From Shimia sp. (GTDB lineage Bacteria; Pseudomonadota; Alphaproteobacteria; Rhodobacterales; Rhodobacteraceae): 64,000 nucleotides of DNA. How positions within the stretch are numbered: the first letter of the stretch is position 1; each line of letters begins with the position of its first letter. The position numbers and the translations under genes are program-made. The notes beneath the pieces were generated by a model. The model ran no database searches, was not told where the DNA came from, and saw nothing but the letters and a program-made list of their open reading frames with translations. This document shows positions 1-9,011 of the stretch, piece by piece. Location: assembly GCA_024224295.1 (NCBI GenBank), contig JAAENN010000177.1, forward strand, positions 79 through 64,078, in the 5' to 3' direction.

Positions 1-1062
1 CGCGATATGGGCCAGTGAGGTGAGCGAGGCAGAGATGCCTTGCAGCTCGCCCTGAGCGTCATCGGACACGCGACTGGACATGATGCTTTGCAGCGCGGGT
101 AGGCCTATGGAGGAGAGCGCGGCAACGGGAATGCCGATGAACAAGAGGATGCCGTTGGAGATCACGGCGAGGTAAATCAGAGCCACAACTTCCAGTCCAA
201 GACCGATAACCACCGTGCGGCGATTGCCAAACCATTTGGTCGAGGGGCCAATCAGGGTGGCCTGCACAATGGCAAAGCAGAGACCATAGGCGGTGAGGCT
301 GAGGCCAATCATGGCCTCTTCCCAGCCAAAACGCTCGATGATGAAATAGGGCCAGATTGCCGGGTAGACGGCTGCGGCGATCTGATAGAAGAAAAACACA
401 ATCAGCAGGTTGGTCATGGACGGCAGTTTGCCGAGGGACTGCAGTGCGCCCAGCGGATTGGAACGCCGCCATTCAAAGGCGCGTCGGTTGGCGTCGGTTA
501 CGGTTTCCTTGAGGACCATCCATCCCAACAGAGCGTTGCCACCGGCCAGCGCTGCGGCGGCCCAGAACGGTGCGCGGGTGCCAAATTGGCCCATAAAGCC
601 TCCCAAGGCGGGGCCAAAAACAAATCCAACCCCCATGGCCGCGCCGATCATACCGAAGGCTTTGGCCTTTTCTTTGGCGTCCGACATATCTGCCATATAG
701 GCCATGGCGGTAGCATAAGTGGCCGCGGTGATCCCTGCCACGATGCGGCCAATCACCAGAATCCAGATGTTATGCGCAAAGGCCATGATCACATAGTCCG
801 CCGACATCACCGCCAGCGACACCAGCAAAACTGGACGGCGGCCAAAGCGGTCGGAAAGATTGCCCAAGAGCGGGCCGCAGAGGAATTGCATGAAGGCAAA
901 GACGGTGGAGAGAATGCCCCCCCAAATGGCCGCGGCGCCAAGGTCGCCGCCGGTCACCTCTTGGATGAGGTCGGGCATCACCGGGATGATCAGACCAATG
1001 CCCATGGCGTCAATCATCACCGTGGCCAGAATCACAAATATTGGCAGACGGTTGCGCATCAT
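1..1062 (-). CDS. TetA-like MFS drug:H+ antiporter (TCR/Tet family), 3' end runs off the window
   Basis: Not in the ORF track; I translated it from ATG 1062: MMRNRLPIFVILATVMIDAMGIGLIIPVMPDL... It has MFS motif A (GNLSDRFGRRPVLL), GRIVAGI and GFVFGPALGG, and the frame is open to position 1. Confidence 0.88.
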   Translation of the reverse strand, partial: MMRNRLPIFVILATVMIDAMGIGLIIPVMPDLIQEVTGGDLGAAAIWGGILSTVFAFMQFLCGPLLGNLSDRFGRRPVLLVSLAVMSADYVIMAFAHNIWILVIGRIVAGITAATYATAMAYMADMSDAKEKAKAFGMIGAAMGVGFVFGPALGGFMGQFGTRAPFWAAAALAGGNALLGWMVLKETVTDANRRAFEWRRSNPLGALQSLGKLPSMTNLLIVFFFYQIAAAVYPAIWPYFIIERFGWEEAMIGLSLTAYGLCFAIVQATLIGPSTKWFGNRRTVVIGLGLEVVALIYLAVISNGILLFIGIPVAALSSIGLPALQSIMSSRVSDDAQGELQGISASLTSLAHIA

Positions 1063-1126
1063 AATGACTTTAACTCTATGGTTGTATCAGGGCAGGAAAA
1101 CGCGGTTCGGTCAACTGATTACTGAG

Positions 1127-1166
1127 GCGCGGGGCCATATTCTGTGTGCTGAATATGGCTCCGCGC
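1127..1166. repeat. 16-bp inverted repeat (stem-loop) without U-tract
   Basis: GCGCGGGGCCATATTC-tgtgtgct-GAATATGGCTCCGCGC, with one imperfect pair. Confidence 0.8.
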
Positions 1167-1232
1167 TGCGTGTAGGGCGCAATTTGGCGTGATCCTCGAA
1201 GGGGCGCAAACCTTTCGTGACGGCAAATAGGT

Positions 1233-1994
1233 TTAGGCGGTAGCCATGTTTAGAAGCGACAGGCTGCTGAGCGCGATTTGCGGCACATAGAGGGGCTCGC
1301 TGGCGGCATCCGAAGTTTCTTGGAACAGGGCGTTCAGGCCAAGGAGCTGAGCGTGCAAGGCGGCATTCTCTGGGGAGGTCGGGGCAGACGTTGCAGCGCT
1401 GTCGCCCGACAGCGTGAGCCAGTTGGCAATGGTGCGGATGGGCACGCGAGTGTCTTGCGGCGCGCCAAGCTTAAGGGCTTCGCCGATGGCAGTGCCGATG
1501 TCGGGCGCTTCCGTGAAGGCCACCCGCAGGCAGGTTTCCCGGATCATCCGCAGATCGGCCAGAAAGGTGGCACGTGCGTCGCTCTCAGGCAAATTTTTCA
1601 GCGCGGTTTCGGCTTGTGTGAGAAGCTGGCGTAGGCGCAGCATCAGCGCTGTGTCGGCCACGTCTTGCGGATTGGCGTTGTGCAGGATGTATTTGCTGTG
1701 GTCCGGCGCTTCCATGGCTTTGTCAAAGGCCGCCACCAAAGCAGGGATGTAGCTGCCATCCTTGGCAACACCATCTGCAAGCCCTGCTGGGTCGATCTGC
1801 ACTTCCATTGCGCTGCGATGGATGAAAAAGGCGCTGTCTTCCGGGATGTCGCCACGTTCGGTCTGCACCTTGGCCAGCGTGCCCAACACCAGCAAAGCGG
1901 CGCGGATTTCGGCGCTGTGGGTGAACAGGCGGGCCGCTTCGCCCACCGGGTAGAGCTTGGTGAACATCGGGCTGTCAAAAACGGAGGCAGTCAT
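1233..1994 (-). CDS. Shortened fumarase/aspartase-superfamily protein, PcaB (3-carboxy-cis,cis-muconate cycloisomerase)-like, catalytic regions degenerate
   Basis: The N-terminus MTASVFDSPMFTKLYPVGEAARLFTHSAEIRA...AMEVQIDPAGLA...QDVADTALMLRLRQ matches Roseobacter PcaB-like lyases. It is only 253 aa and has no SSxMPxKxNP signature. Confidence 0.72.
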   Translation of the reverse strand: MTASVFDSPMFTKLYPVGEAARLFTHSAEIRAALLVLGTLAKVQTERGDIPEDSAFFIHRSAMEVQIDPAGLADGVAKDGSYIPALVAAFDKAMEAPDHSKYILHNANPQDVADTALMLRLRQLLTQAETALKNLPESDARATFLADLRMIRETCLRVAFTEAPDIGTAIGEALKLGAPQDTRVPIRTIANWLTLSGDSAATSAPTSPENAALHAQLLGLNALFQETSDAASEPLYVPQIALSSLSLLNMATA

Positions 1995-1998
1995 AGGG

Positions 1999-2721
1999 TT
2001 AATCTTTCAGGATTTGGTCGATCAGCGCGGCAAGGCCGGTTGGATCCGCAAAGAAGGGGGAGTGGCTGGTGGGCATCTCATAGACGTCTGCCGCGGGCCA
2101 GTCCTTGGTCATGGTGACCTGAAACTCTGGGGGGATGGTTTGGTCATTGGCGCAACGGATGTAGCTGCGTGGGGTTTGGCGGTGGCCGTCACCCAGCGTG
2201 ATTTTGGTGTCTTGGGCGGCGATGGATTGCGGCGTGAGGTTTGCCAGCGCGAAGTCGGCGGTGCCATCGGGGCAGTCGTGATAGAAGGAGACGCGCACTT
2301 GGGAAGGATCGATGGTGTAGCTGAGGCCGTCCGCTGATTTCACCACGGCTTTCATCAGCGGCTGACGCGGCGCGGCGCGGCGCATTTCGGCCAGCGAGTA
2401 GCCATCCCACGGCGCATAGGCGCAGAGGTAGATCAGGCGGGCGATTTTGTTTGCGCCGTTTTCATGCGCCATATCTGCGGCGCGGGTGATCGGGAAGCCG
2501 CCCCAGCTGTGGCCCAGAACGATGGTGTCCTCTCCAAGTGCATCGACAATGGACTGCGCGCAGCTGTCCAGAGACACGTCTTCCACAGGCGTGGTGTCGG
2601 CACCGTGGGAGGGCATGTCGATGGCGCGGGCGGTGTGGCCGAGGGCCTCAAGTGCGGGGATCAGGTCGCGGAAGCACCAAGCGCCATGGCTGGTGCCATG
2701 CACAAGAAGGATGTCAGACAT
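1999..2721 (-). CDS. Alpha/beta-fold hydrolase (methylesterase-like)
   Basis: HGTSHGAW oxyanion region, GHSWGG nucleophile elbow, C-terminal HSPF. Confidence 0.88.
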   Translation of the reverse strand: MSDILLVHGTSHGAWCFRDLIPALEALGHTARAIDMPSHGADTTPVEDVSLDSCAQSIVDALGEDTIVLGHSWGGFPITRAADMAHENGANKIARLIYLCAYAPWDGYSLAEMRRAAPRQPLMKAVVKSADGLSYTIDPSQVRVSFYHDCPDGTADFALANLTPQSIAAQDTKITLGDGHRQTPRSYIRCANDQTIPPEFQVTMTKDWPAADVYEMPTSHSPFFADPTGLAALIDQILKD

Positions 2722-3502
2722 GGCCGGTTTCTTTCATGAAGTCAGTGAGCAGCGCGGCGTATTCGGCGGGTTTCTCGACGCAAGGCAGGTGGCCGGTGCG
2801 GCGCAGGAGTTCCAGACGTGCGCCGGGGATCAATTCAACGGTTTCGCGCACCAGATCAGACGGGGTGGCGCCGTCCTCAGATCCGGCAATGCCCAGCGTG
2901 GGCAGGCGCAGGCCTGAGGTGGGTGTGTAGAAATCCGTGCCTTGGATGGCGGCGCAGCAACCGGCGTAGCCTTCCGCCGGGGTGCTTTCCAGCATGGCTT
3001 TCCAATGGGTCAACTCTGGACGGGTTTGGAAATCCCTCGAGAACCAGCGCAACATGATGTCAGCGGACATGGCGGGCAGGCCTTTGGAAGTGACCATGTC
3101 GATGCGATCTTGCCACATTTTGGGAGAGCCGATTTTGGCGGCAGTGTTGGATAGCACCATCGCACGCGCCAAATCGAGGCGTTTTACCGCGAGGCCTTGC
3201 GCCACCATGCCACCAATCGACAGGCCGACGACCAGCGCGTCTTTGACGTTGAGGTGCTCCAGCAGGGCTTCGGCGTCTTTCACCAGCGTGCCCATAGAAT
3301 ACGGCGCGGGGCGCACCTCACTTTCGCCGTGGCCGCGCATGTCGTAGCGGATGATGCGCAGGCCCTCGGGCAGATGTTCCAGGATCGGGTCCCAGAGGTG
3401 CAGCGTGGTGCCCAGAGAATTTATGAAGAGCACCGGCGCGCCGTTTGGGTCGCCCTCGTCGCGGTAGTGGGTGTTGATTTGGTTCAGTTTGGCGATTGGC
3501 AT
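2714..3502 (-). CDS. pcaD: 3-oxoadipate enol-lactonase
   Basis: FINSLGTTLHLWD, RYDMRGHG, GLSIGGM, GSEDGATP, GHLPCVE. Confidence 0.8.
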   Translation of the reverse strand: MPIAKLNQINTHYRDEGDPNGAPVLFINSLGTTLHLWDPILEHLPEGLRIIRYDMRGHGESEVRPAPYSMGTLVKDAEALLEHLNVKDALVVGLSIGGMVAQGLAVKRLDLARAMVLSNTAAKIGSPKMWQDRIDMVTSKGLPAMSADIMLRWFSRDFQTRPELTHWKAMLESTPAEGYAGCCAAIQGTDFYTPTSGLRLPTLGIAGSEDGATPSDLVRETVELIPGARLELLRRTGHLPCVEKPAEYAALLTDFMKETGHV

Positions 3503-3504
3503 GG

Positions 3505-4707
3505 TCAGTCTTGGTCGTCTGTTTTGAGGCGCATATGGGCCATGATTTGCCCGTGGTCAGAGGCGAGCTTGTTATAGGGCGCTTCGGCGTGGCTGCCATC
3601 GGTGAGATGGTCGTTGAGCACGCTGAAGTATTCCATGTCGCCGAGGCGGTCCGGATTGTCCGGGTGGAAGTGCTGGCTGAGATAGATTTGATCGATGCTT
3701 TCGTAAACCCCTCCAAACGCCGTGGTGTAGACCATATCGCGCAGAGATTTGCGGGTGAACAAGGCTTCGGCGGAGGTTAGGCGGACGGAGGTAACGGCGT
3801 CTTGGATGGCGTCGTTTTCGCGGCGACTGTAGCGGTCATTGGCGTGTTTGGCATCGTGGCGCAGCATCCAGCTGTAGTTGCGGAAGGGCACTTCGCCGGA
3901 GATGATTTCGGAGCTGACCGCATGTTCGCCGTCGTTGAAATCACCCAGCACCATGACAGGTCGGCCTTGGTTGAGTTCGTCTACAATGGCGCGGCGCAGG
4001 ACCCAGGCTTCGGCCATGCGGCGCAGGGCGGCGCGCATGGCGCCCATGGCGCGGCCCAGTGGGTCGTAGTTGGTGAGGTCAGCTTCTGACGCTTTCCCGT
4101 CGGCGTCTCGGGTGAACTCGCCCAGTTTGGATTTGAGGTGGCAGTTGAAGACAGTGATGATTTGATTGCCAACCGGGATGCGCGCCTTCAGGATCGGGCG
4201 GGAAGTGCGGCGCAGGACAAAGGCGCCGGAGTCGTCGCCATCTAGGCCCTGGAAGGGGATTTCAACCGGGGTGTTCAAGTCTTGGATGATCTCGGGTTGT
4301 TCGGCAAAGCCATAGCGCGAGAGGATAGCGACGCCGGGGCGGCGTTTGCCGGGTTCGCCGGTGTCGTTCACGTTGGGCGCGACAAACAAGCCGCCGTCGC
4401 CGTAAGGTGTGTAGCCCAATTTGCGGAAGATGGCTTTGCGGTGGTAGCGCTTGGATTTGTCGGGGATCACAGCCTCGTTGGAGGCTTCGCCAATGCGGTC
4501 GGCCTCGTCAATGACGGCGCGCAGGGAGGGTTCGTCAAAGATTTCCTGAAAGCCCACGATGTCGGCGTCCATGGAGAAGAGCTGGCTGGCGGTCCAGTCC
4601 TCTTTCCAGGCGTGTTCCTCCGGCGTGTAGGATTGGAAGGTGTAATATTCCTGATCCGGACCAATCAGGTTTTTTACGTTGAAGGAGGCGATGGTGAAAT
4701 TGGTCAT
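3505..4707 (-). CDS. Endonuclease/exonuclease/phosphatase (EEP) family protein
   Basis: IASFNVKN, DIVGFQEI, NCHLKSK, VLGDFND, IDQIY, C-terminal SDH. Confidence 0.9.
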   Translation of the reverse strand: MTNFTIASFNVKNLIGPDQEYYTFQSYTPEEHAWKEDWTASQLFSMDADIVGFQEIFDEPSLRAVIDEADRIGEASNEAVIPDKSKRYHRKAIFRKLGYTPYGDGGLFVAPNVNDTGEPGKRRPGVAILSRYGFAEQPEIIQDLNTPVEIPFQGLDGDDSGAFVLRRTSRPILKARIPVGNQIITVFNCHLKSKLGEFTRDADGKASEADLTNYDPLGRAMGAMRAALRRMAEAWVLRRAIVDELNQGRPVMVLGDFNDGEHAVSSEIISGEVPFRNYSWMLRHDAKHANDRYSRRENDAIQDAVTSVRLTSAEALFTRKSLRDMVYTTAFGGVYESIDQIYLSQHFHPDNPDRLGDMEYFSVLNDHLTDGSHAEAPYNKLASDHGQIMAHMRLKTDDQD

Positions 4708-5682
4708 TTACGGGAACCTTTTGAGAGCATCAGCAAAAACATCGGCGTCGACGTTGCCGCCGGTGCAGACGGCAACCACTGTGTCGCCTTCGATTTTGTC
4801 GCCGTGAAACAGAGCAGCGGCCAGGGCGCAGGCGCCGCCAGGTTCGGCGACGATTTTCAAGCGTTTGAAGGCGAGGGACATGGCCTGCAGCACCTCGTCT
4901 TCACTCACCACAAAGCCGGGGCCAACTAAACGTTGCAGGATTGGGAAAGTGAGATTGCCGGGCTGGGGCGTGATGATGGCGTCGCAGATGGAGCCGGTTT
5001 CACTGGCATTGCGCTGGATGCTGCCGGTTTCCAGCGAGCGCGCGGTGTCGTCGAAGCCTTCGGGCTCAGACGGGCGGGCGCGCAGGTTGGGGGCTTCGGC
5101 CTCCAAGGCCAAAGCGATGCCCGCCGTGAGACCACCGCCACCGCAACAGGCAATCACGTCGCCGAAGGTCACGCCAAGATCGGCGGCTTGGGCTGCGATT
5201 TCCAGACCCACGGTACCTTGGCCTGCGATCACCTGCGGCTCGTCATAGGGGCGGATCAAGGTCAGGCCGCGCTCCTCGGCGATCTTGTTGCCCACCTCTT
5301 CGCGGCTTTCGCCACCGGCGCGATCATAGAGCACCACTTCGGCCCCCAATGCGCGGGTGTTGTCGATTTTTAGCTTCGGCGCATTTTGCGGCATGATGAC
5401 CACCGAGGGCGCGCCGTGCGCGGTGGCGGCTGCGGCAACACCTTGCGCATGATTGCCTGAAGAGAAGGCGATCACACCGCGTTTGCGGGTGGCCTTGTCC
5501 ATGGCGGACACGGCTGACCAACCGCCGCGAAACTTGAAAGACCCGGTGTGTTGCAGACATTCGGCTTTCACCAGCACGCGGCGACCAGCGATGTTATCCA
5601 AGAACGGCGAGGTCAGCATGGGGGTGACACGGGCGTGGCCTTGGATTCGTAAAGCGGCGGCACGGATCATGTCGATGTTCAT
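4708..5682 (-). CDS. PLP-dependent threonine/serine dehydratase family protein
   Basis: TGSFKFRG PLP-lysine motif, SSGNHAQG, CGGGGL. Start moved to ATG 5682, which overlaps the upstream stop (ATGA). Confidence 0.9.
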   Translation of the reverse strand: MNIDMIRAAALRIQGHARVTPMLTSPFLDNIAGRRVLVKAECLQHTGSFKFRGGWSAVSAMDKATRKRGVIAFSSGNHAQGVAAAATAHGAPSVVIMPQNAPKLKIDNTRALGAEVVLYDRAGGESREEVGNKIAEERGLTLIRPYDEPQVIAGQGTVGLEIAAQAADLGVTFGDVIACCGGGGLTAGIALALEAEAPNLRARPSEPEGFDDTARSLETGSIQRNASETGSICDAIITPQPGNLTFPILQRLVGPGFVVSEDEVLQAMSLAFKRLKIVAEPGGACALAAALFHGDKIEGDTVVAVCTGGNVDADVFADALKRFP

Positions 5683-6524
5683 GCGGGCTCTCCGGCGGGC
5701 AGTTGGGCGATCCATTGGTGCAGCACGTCAAGGCTTTCCGGTTCGTCCAGGAAAGGCACGTGGGCGCGATCTTTGACTTCCGCGGCCAGCATCGGCGCGC
5801 GGGACTGCATCTCGGTGAAGGTCTCTTGGCTGAGAATGTCGGAGTTCTCACCGCGTAGGACGGCGAGGGGTCGGTTTTTCAGCTTGTCAAACTGAGGCCA
5901 CATGTCGCCTGCGGGGGCTTTGGGATCAAATTCGGCCAGCACCGCGTTGCGCAGTTTGGGGTCGTAGTTGATGTTGAGGCCGTCGCTAGTTTCAATAAAG
6001 TGGTGCGCGGCCTCTTCTGCCCAACGGCTGGGGGGCACGTTGTGAAAGCCGGGCAGGCGGGTGGCGAGGGCTTCGGCGGCTTCGGCGCGGGTGGTCCAAA
6101 CCGGTTTGCGGCCGATGAAGACAAGGATGACTTCGAGCCCGTCGGTTTCGATCACCGGTCCCACGTCGTTGAAACAGACACCAGTGATGCGGTTTGGGGC
6201 CATCTCCGTCAACGTCAATGCGATGAGGCCGCCACGCGAGGTGCCAAGGATCGCGGCTTTCTCGATGCCCAGATGATCGAGTAGTTCCTGTGAGTCTTGA
6301 GCTTCGCGCAGGAGATTGTAGGTGGTGAAATCTTCGGCCCACTCCGATTGGCCCCGGCCACGGTAGTCCATGCGGATCACGCGAGCGTCTTTGAGGTGGG
6401 GTCGCACGTAGTCAAAGTCGCTGGCATTGCGGGTAAGGCCGGAGAGGCAGAGCACAATTGGGCCGGGCCCGCCGGTGTCATCATAACAGAGCGACAGGCC
6501 GTCAGTGGTGGTGAAATGGGGCAT
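5679..6524 (-). CDS. Alpha/beta-fold hydrolase
   Basis: CLSGLTRN, DYRGRGQS, GTSRGG nucleophile motif, AHVPFLDE. Confidence 0.88.
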   Translation of the reverse strand: MPHFTTTDGLSLCYDDTGGPGPIVLCLSGLTRNASDFDYVRPHLKDARVIRMDYRGRGQSEWAEDFTTYNLLREAQDSQELLDHLGIEKAAILGTSRGGLIALTLTEMAPNRITGVCFNDVGPVIETDGLEVILVFIGRKPVWTTRAEAAEALATRLPGFHNVPPSRWAEEAAHHFIETSDGLNINYDPKLRNAVLAEFDPKAPAGDMWPQFDKLKNRPLAVLRGENSDILSQETFTEMQSRAPMLAAEVKDRAHVPFLDEPESLDVLHQWIAQLPAGEPA

Positions 6525-7210
6525 CAGGAACTCGCAAGGTCGGGAATGCTGGTGAGGTCTGAGAGAATGTGATTGGGCGTCCAGGGGAGGCGGTCGACAG
6601 GCTCACCTGCGCGGTTGACCCAGGCGGTGGTGAAGCCATAGCCGGTGGCACAGCCCGCGTCCCAGCCGTTGGAGGACACAAAAAGCACTTCGTCTTTGGC
6701 GCAGTTGAAACGCTGGCCGACAAGGTCATAGACCAGGGCGGCGGGTTTGAAGACCTGCACATCTTCGACGCTAAGCACATCATCGAGAAATTCTTGCACG
6801 CCAGCGGACTCCACCGCGCCATTGAGCATGTCAGGCGAACCGTTGGATAGGATCGCGGTGTTCATGCCTGCCGCCTTGAGTTTTGCCAGCATGTCCGGCA
6901 CCTCGGGGTAGGCGGAGAGTTCCCAATAGAGCGCCAGCAGGCGTTCGCTCAGCTCTGGGTCACCTTGCAGGCCAGAAGCCTCGAGCGCCCAATCGAGACC
7001 GTTTTGCGTGACCTGCCAGAAGTCAGTGTGGGCGTCGGCCACGGCGCGCAGCCAGGTGTATTGCAGCTGTTTCAGGCGCCAGTCGTTAGCAACCTTCTGC
7101 CAGTGTTTGGCAAAGGCTTCGCGGCCTGGCTCTGCGGCAGCTTCGCGGGCTGCGGCGGCGACGTCAAATAGTGTGCCGTAAGCGTCAAAAATGCAGGTGG
7201 TGATGGCCAT
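6524..7210 (-). CDS. Haloacid dehalogenase type II (L-2-haloacid dehalogenase-like)
   Basis: FDAYGTLFD, WRLKQLQY, LSNGS, FKP, SSNGWD. Confidence 0.9.
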   Translation of the reverse strand: MAITTCIFDAYGTLFDVAAAAREAAAEPGREAFAKHWQKVANDWRLKQLQYTWLRAVADAHTDFWQVTQNGLDWALEASGLQGDPELSERLLALYWELSAYPEVPDMLAKLKAAGMNTAILSNGSPDMLNGAVESAGVQEFLDDVLSVEDVQVFKPAALVYDLVGQRFNCAKDEVLFVSSNGWDAGCATGYGFTTAWVNRAGEPVDRLPWTPNHILSDLTSIPDLASS

Positions 7211-7351
7211 GGTGTTCTCCCGTGTCGCGAGCAGATTGGCAGGTTTGACGCGGGGCGAAAAGGCCTGTTTTACAAATAGACGTGAGGCCTATAGGGTGCG
7301 CCGCTCAAGCCGGCTGGAAGGGTCGGGGCAAGCTGATAGATGGGACATTTT

Positions 7352-7780
7352 ATGACCGCAGCAAAATCGGGCGATACCGTCCGCATCCACTACACCGGCA
7401 CCTTAAGCGATGGGTCCACTTTTGACAGCTCCGAAGGTCGTGATCCGCTGGAGTTCACTCTGGGCAGCGGTCAAGTGATCCCAGGGTTTGATACGGCTGT
7501 AGACGGAATGACTGTGGGCGAGAAAAAAGTGGCAGAGATTCCTGCGGATCAGGCGTATGGACCGCGTCACGAAGAAGCAATTCAGGATGTGCCACGCGAG
7601 CAGATCCCGGCAGAGATCCCACTGGAGATTGGTCTTCAGTTGCAGATGCAATCCCCAACCGGTCAGGTTATGCCTGTGTCCGTTGTGGAGATTACAGACG
7701 AGGTGGTGAAGCTGGACGCGAACCACATGCTGGCCGGCAAAGACCTGACTTTCGCAATTGAGTTGGTGTCTATCAACTGA
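7352..7780 (+). CDS. FKBP-type peptidyl-prolyl cis-trans isomerase (SlyD/SlpA-like, no metal-binding tail)
   Basis: HYTGTLSDGSTFDSS, GQVIPGFD, DANHMLAGKDLTF. Start set to ATG 7352; the track start at 7340 is also possible. Confidence 0.92.
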   Translation: MTAAKSGDTVRIHYTGTLSDGSTFDSSEGRDPLEFTLGSGQVIPGFDTAVDGMTVGEKKVAEIPADQAYGPRHEEAIQDVPREQIPAEIPLEIGLQLQMQSPTGQVMPVSVVEITDEVVKLDANHMLAGKDLTFAIELVSIN

Positions 7781-7806
7781 TCGGTGGATTGGTTGCGGAA
7801 GTGTCG

Positions 7807-7836
7807 AAAGCCCGCCGGTGTCGGCGGGTTTTTTTT
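7807..7836 (+). terminator. Intrinsic terminator after the FKBP gene
   Basis: aaagCCCGCCG-gtgt-CGGCGGGtttttttt. Confidence 0.85.
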
Positions 7837-7842
7837 ATGGGT

Positions 7843-8172
7843 TCAAGGAGTGCGGCTTTGTTGATCCACAATGAAATCGCCGCGTTTACAGGTTGCCAAA
7901 CTATTGGTCAAAACCACTTGGCCGCCAAGCCGATTTTCACAGTGCTTTTCGAAATAGAACTCATGCAACATGGATTTCGCCCGCATTCCGAAAGAGGGTT
8001 CCGCGCTGCCTGTCACGGTGCTTTGCAGCGCGATGAAAACAATCACGAGACTTGTGGCCACCAATAAAGGTTCCGCCTTTTTAAGGCGGGGACGAGCGTT
8101 CAGAGTGTTGCCAGCCAGCAGGACCAAAATCCCTAAGCCGCCAAGGGCGAAAATGAGCGGTTGAAACTGCAT
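7843..8172 (-). CDS. Hypothetical small membrane protein, paralog 1
   Basis: Two hydrophobic segments. 43 of 77 residues are identical, without gaps, to ORF 8412..8753. Confidence 0.8.
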   Translation of the reverse strand: MQFQPLIFALGGLGILVLLAGNTLNARPRLKKAEPLLVATSLVIVFIALQSTVTGSAEPSFGMRAKSMLHEFYFEKHCENRLGGQVVLTNSLATCKRGDFIVDQQSRTP

Positions 8173-8411
8173 TTATACAGATATCCATAATAACAGAAGA
8201 CAGCAATTTGGCGCCGTATAGTGGGGTCGTTGGGTTCGCTCCAAGCCCTTTATTCATGATTTTTTACCGTGGCAGATATGCGGTTTTTGAATGCCAGCGT
8301 TAGGTATTTGATTTGATGATCAAATTTTTGGAACCTGAGATGATTTGCGTTCCAACGGATTGGCTAAGACTGATGTACGCTGGGGCTGAGCTTGGCCAAA
8401 TAGGTGGAGGG

Positions 8412-8753
8412 TCAGCGCGGTACGTCACTTTGGCGTTGCGTTTGATCAGTCGAGAAGTCGTCGCGGATGCAATAGACGATACTGCCTGCCAGACGCACGA
8501 TACCACCCAGATGGTTTGCGCAGTGTTTCTCAAAATAGAGATCGTGCAAGATCGACTTCGACGGGCTTTTCATTGGAGACTGCGCGCCGTCAGACACAGT
8601 TGATTGCAACGCCAAAAATATCGCCACCAAACTCAAAACAACAAGCAGGGGTTCCGCGCGGTTCAGGCGCGGCTTGGACGCGGTTGAGACGCTGGAGAGA
8701 TAGACAAGAAGCAACACGCCTAGACCGGCGATCAAGAGAGCGACGAAGTGCAT
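8412..8753 (-). CDS. Hypothetical small membrane protein, paralog 2
   Basis: Paralog of 7843..8172; shared AEPLLV, ALQSTV, YFEKHC and LGG blocks. Confidence 0.8.
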   Translation of the reverse strand: MHFVALLIAGLGVLLLVYLSSVSTASKPRLNRAEPLLVVLSLVAIFLALQSTVSDGAQSPMKSPSKSILHDLYFEKHCANHLGGIVRLAGSIVYCIRDDFSTDQTQRQSDVPR

Positions 8754-9011
8754 AGTGCGAAGTCCAGAGGTGGTGGGGGACGTGATTGCGCTTCATAGGG
8801 GGGCCGTGCGTTTTCTCCAAGCGGTAATTTTGAGCAGGATGCGCCCGCTTTTTGAGCGATTGCAGGCCGGGACCTCTTAGCATTGTGATATAATTTGCGA
8901 ATTTCGCGCTGCTGCCGCTGACCCCTGGAGAAAAAATGTGCCGTATATGTGTTTTTGGGCGCTTTTCTTTTGCCCAAGCTGCGCTAGCTTGTGTGCTGGG
9001 AGGCGGTTTTT

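Noticed and set aside
8754-9011. Possible third copy of the tandem membrane-protein family
   Set aside because: The minus-strand ORFs here (8590..8883, 8732..8977) show none of the shared motifs
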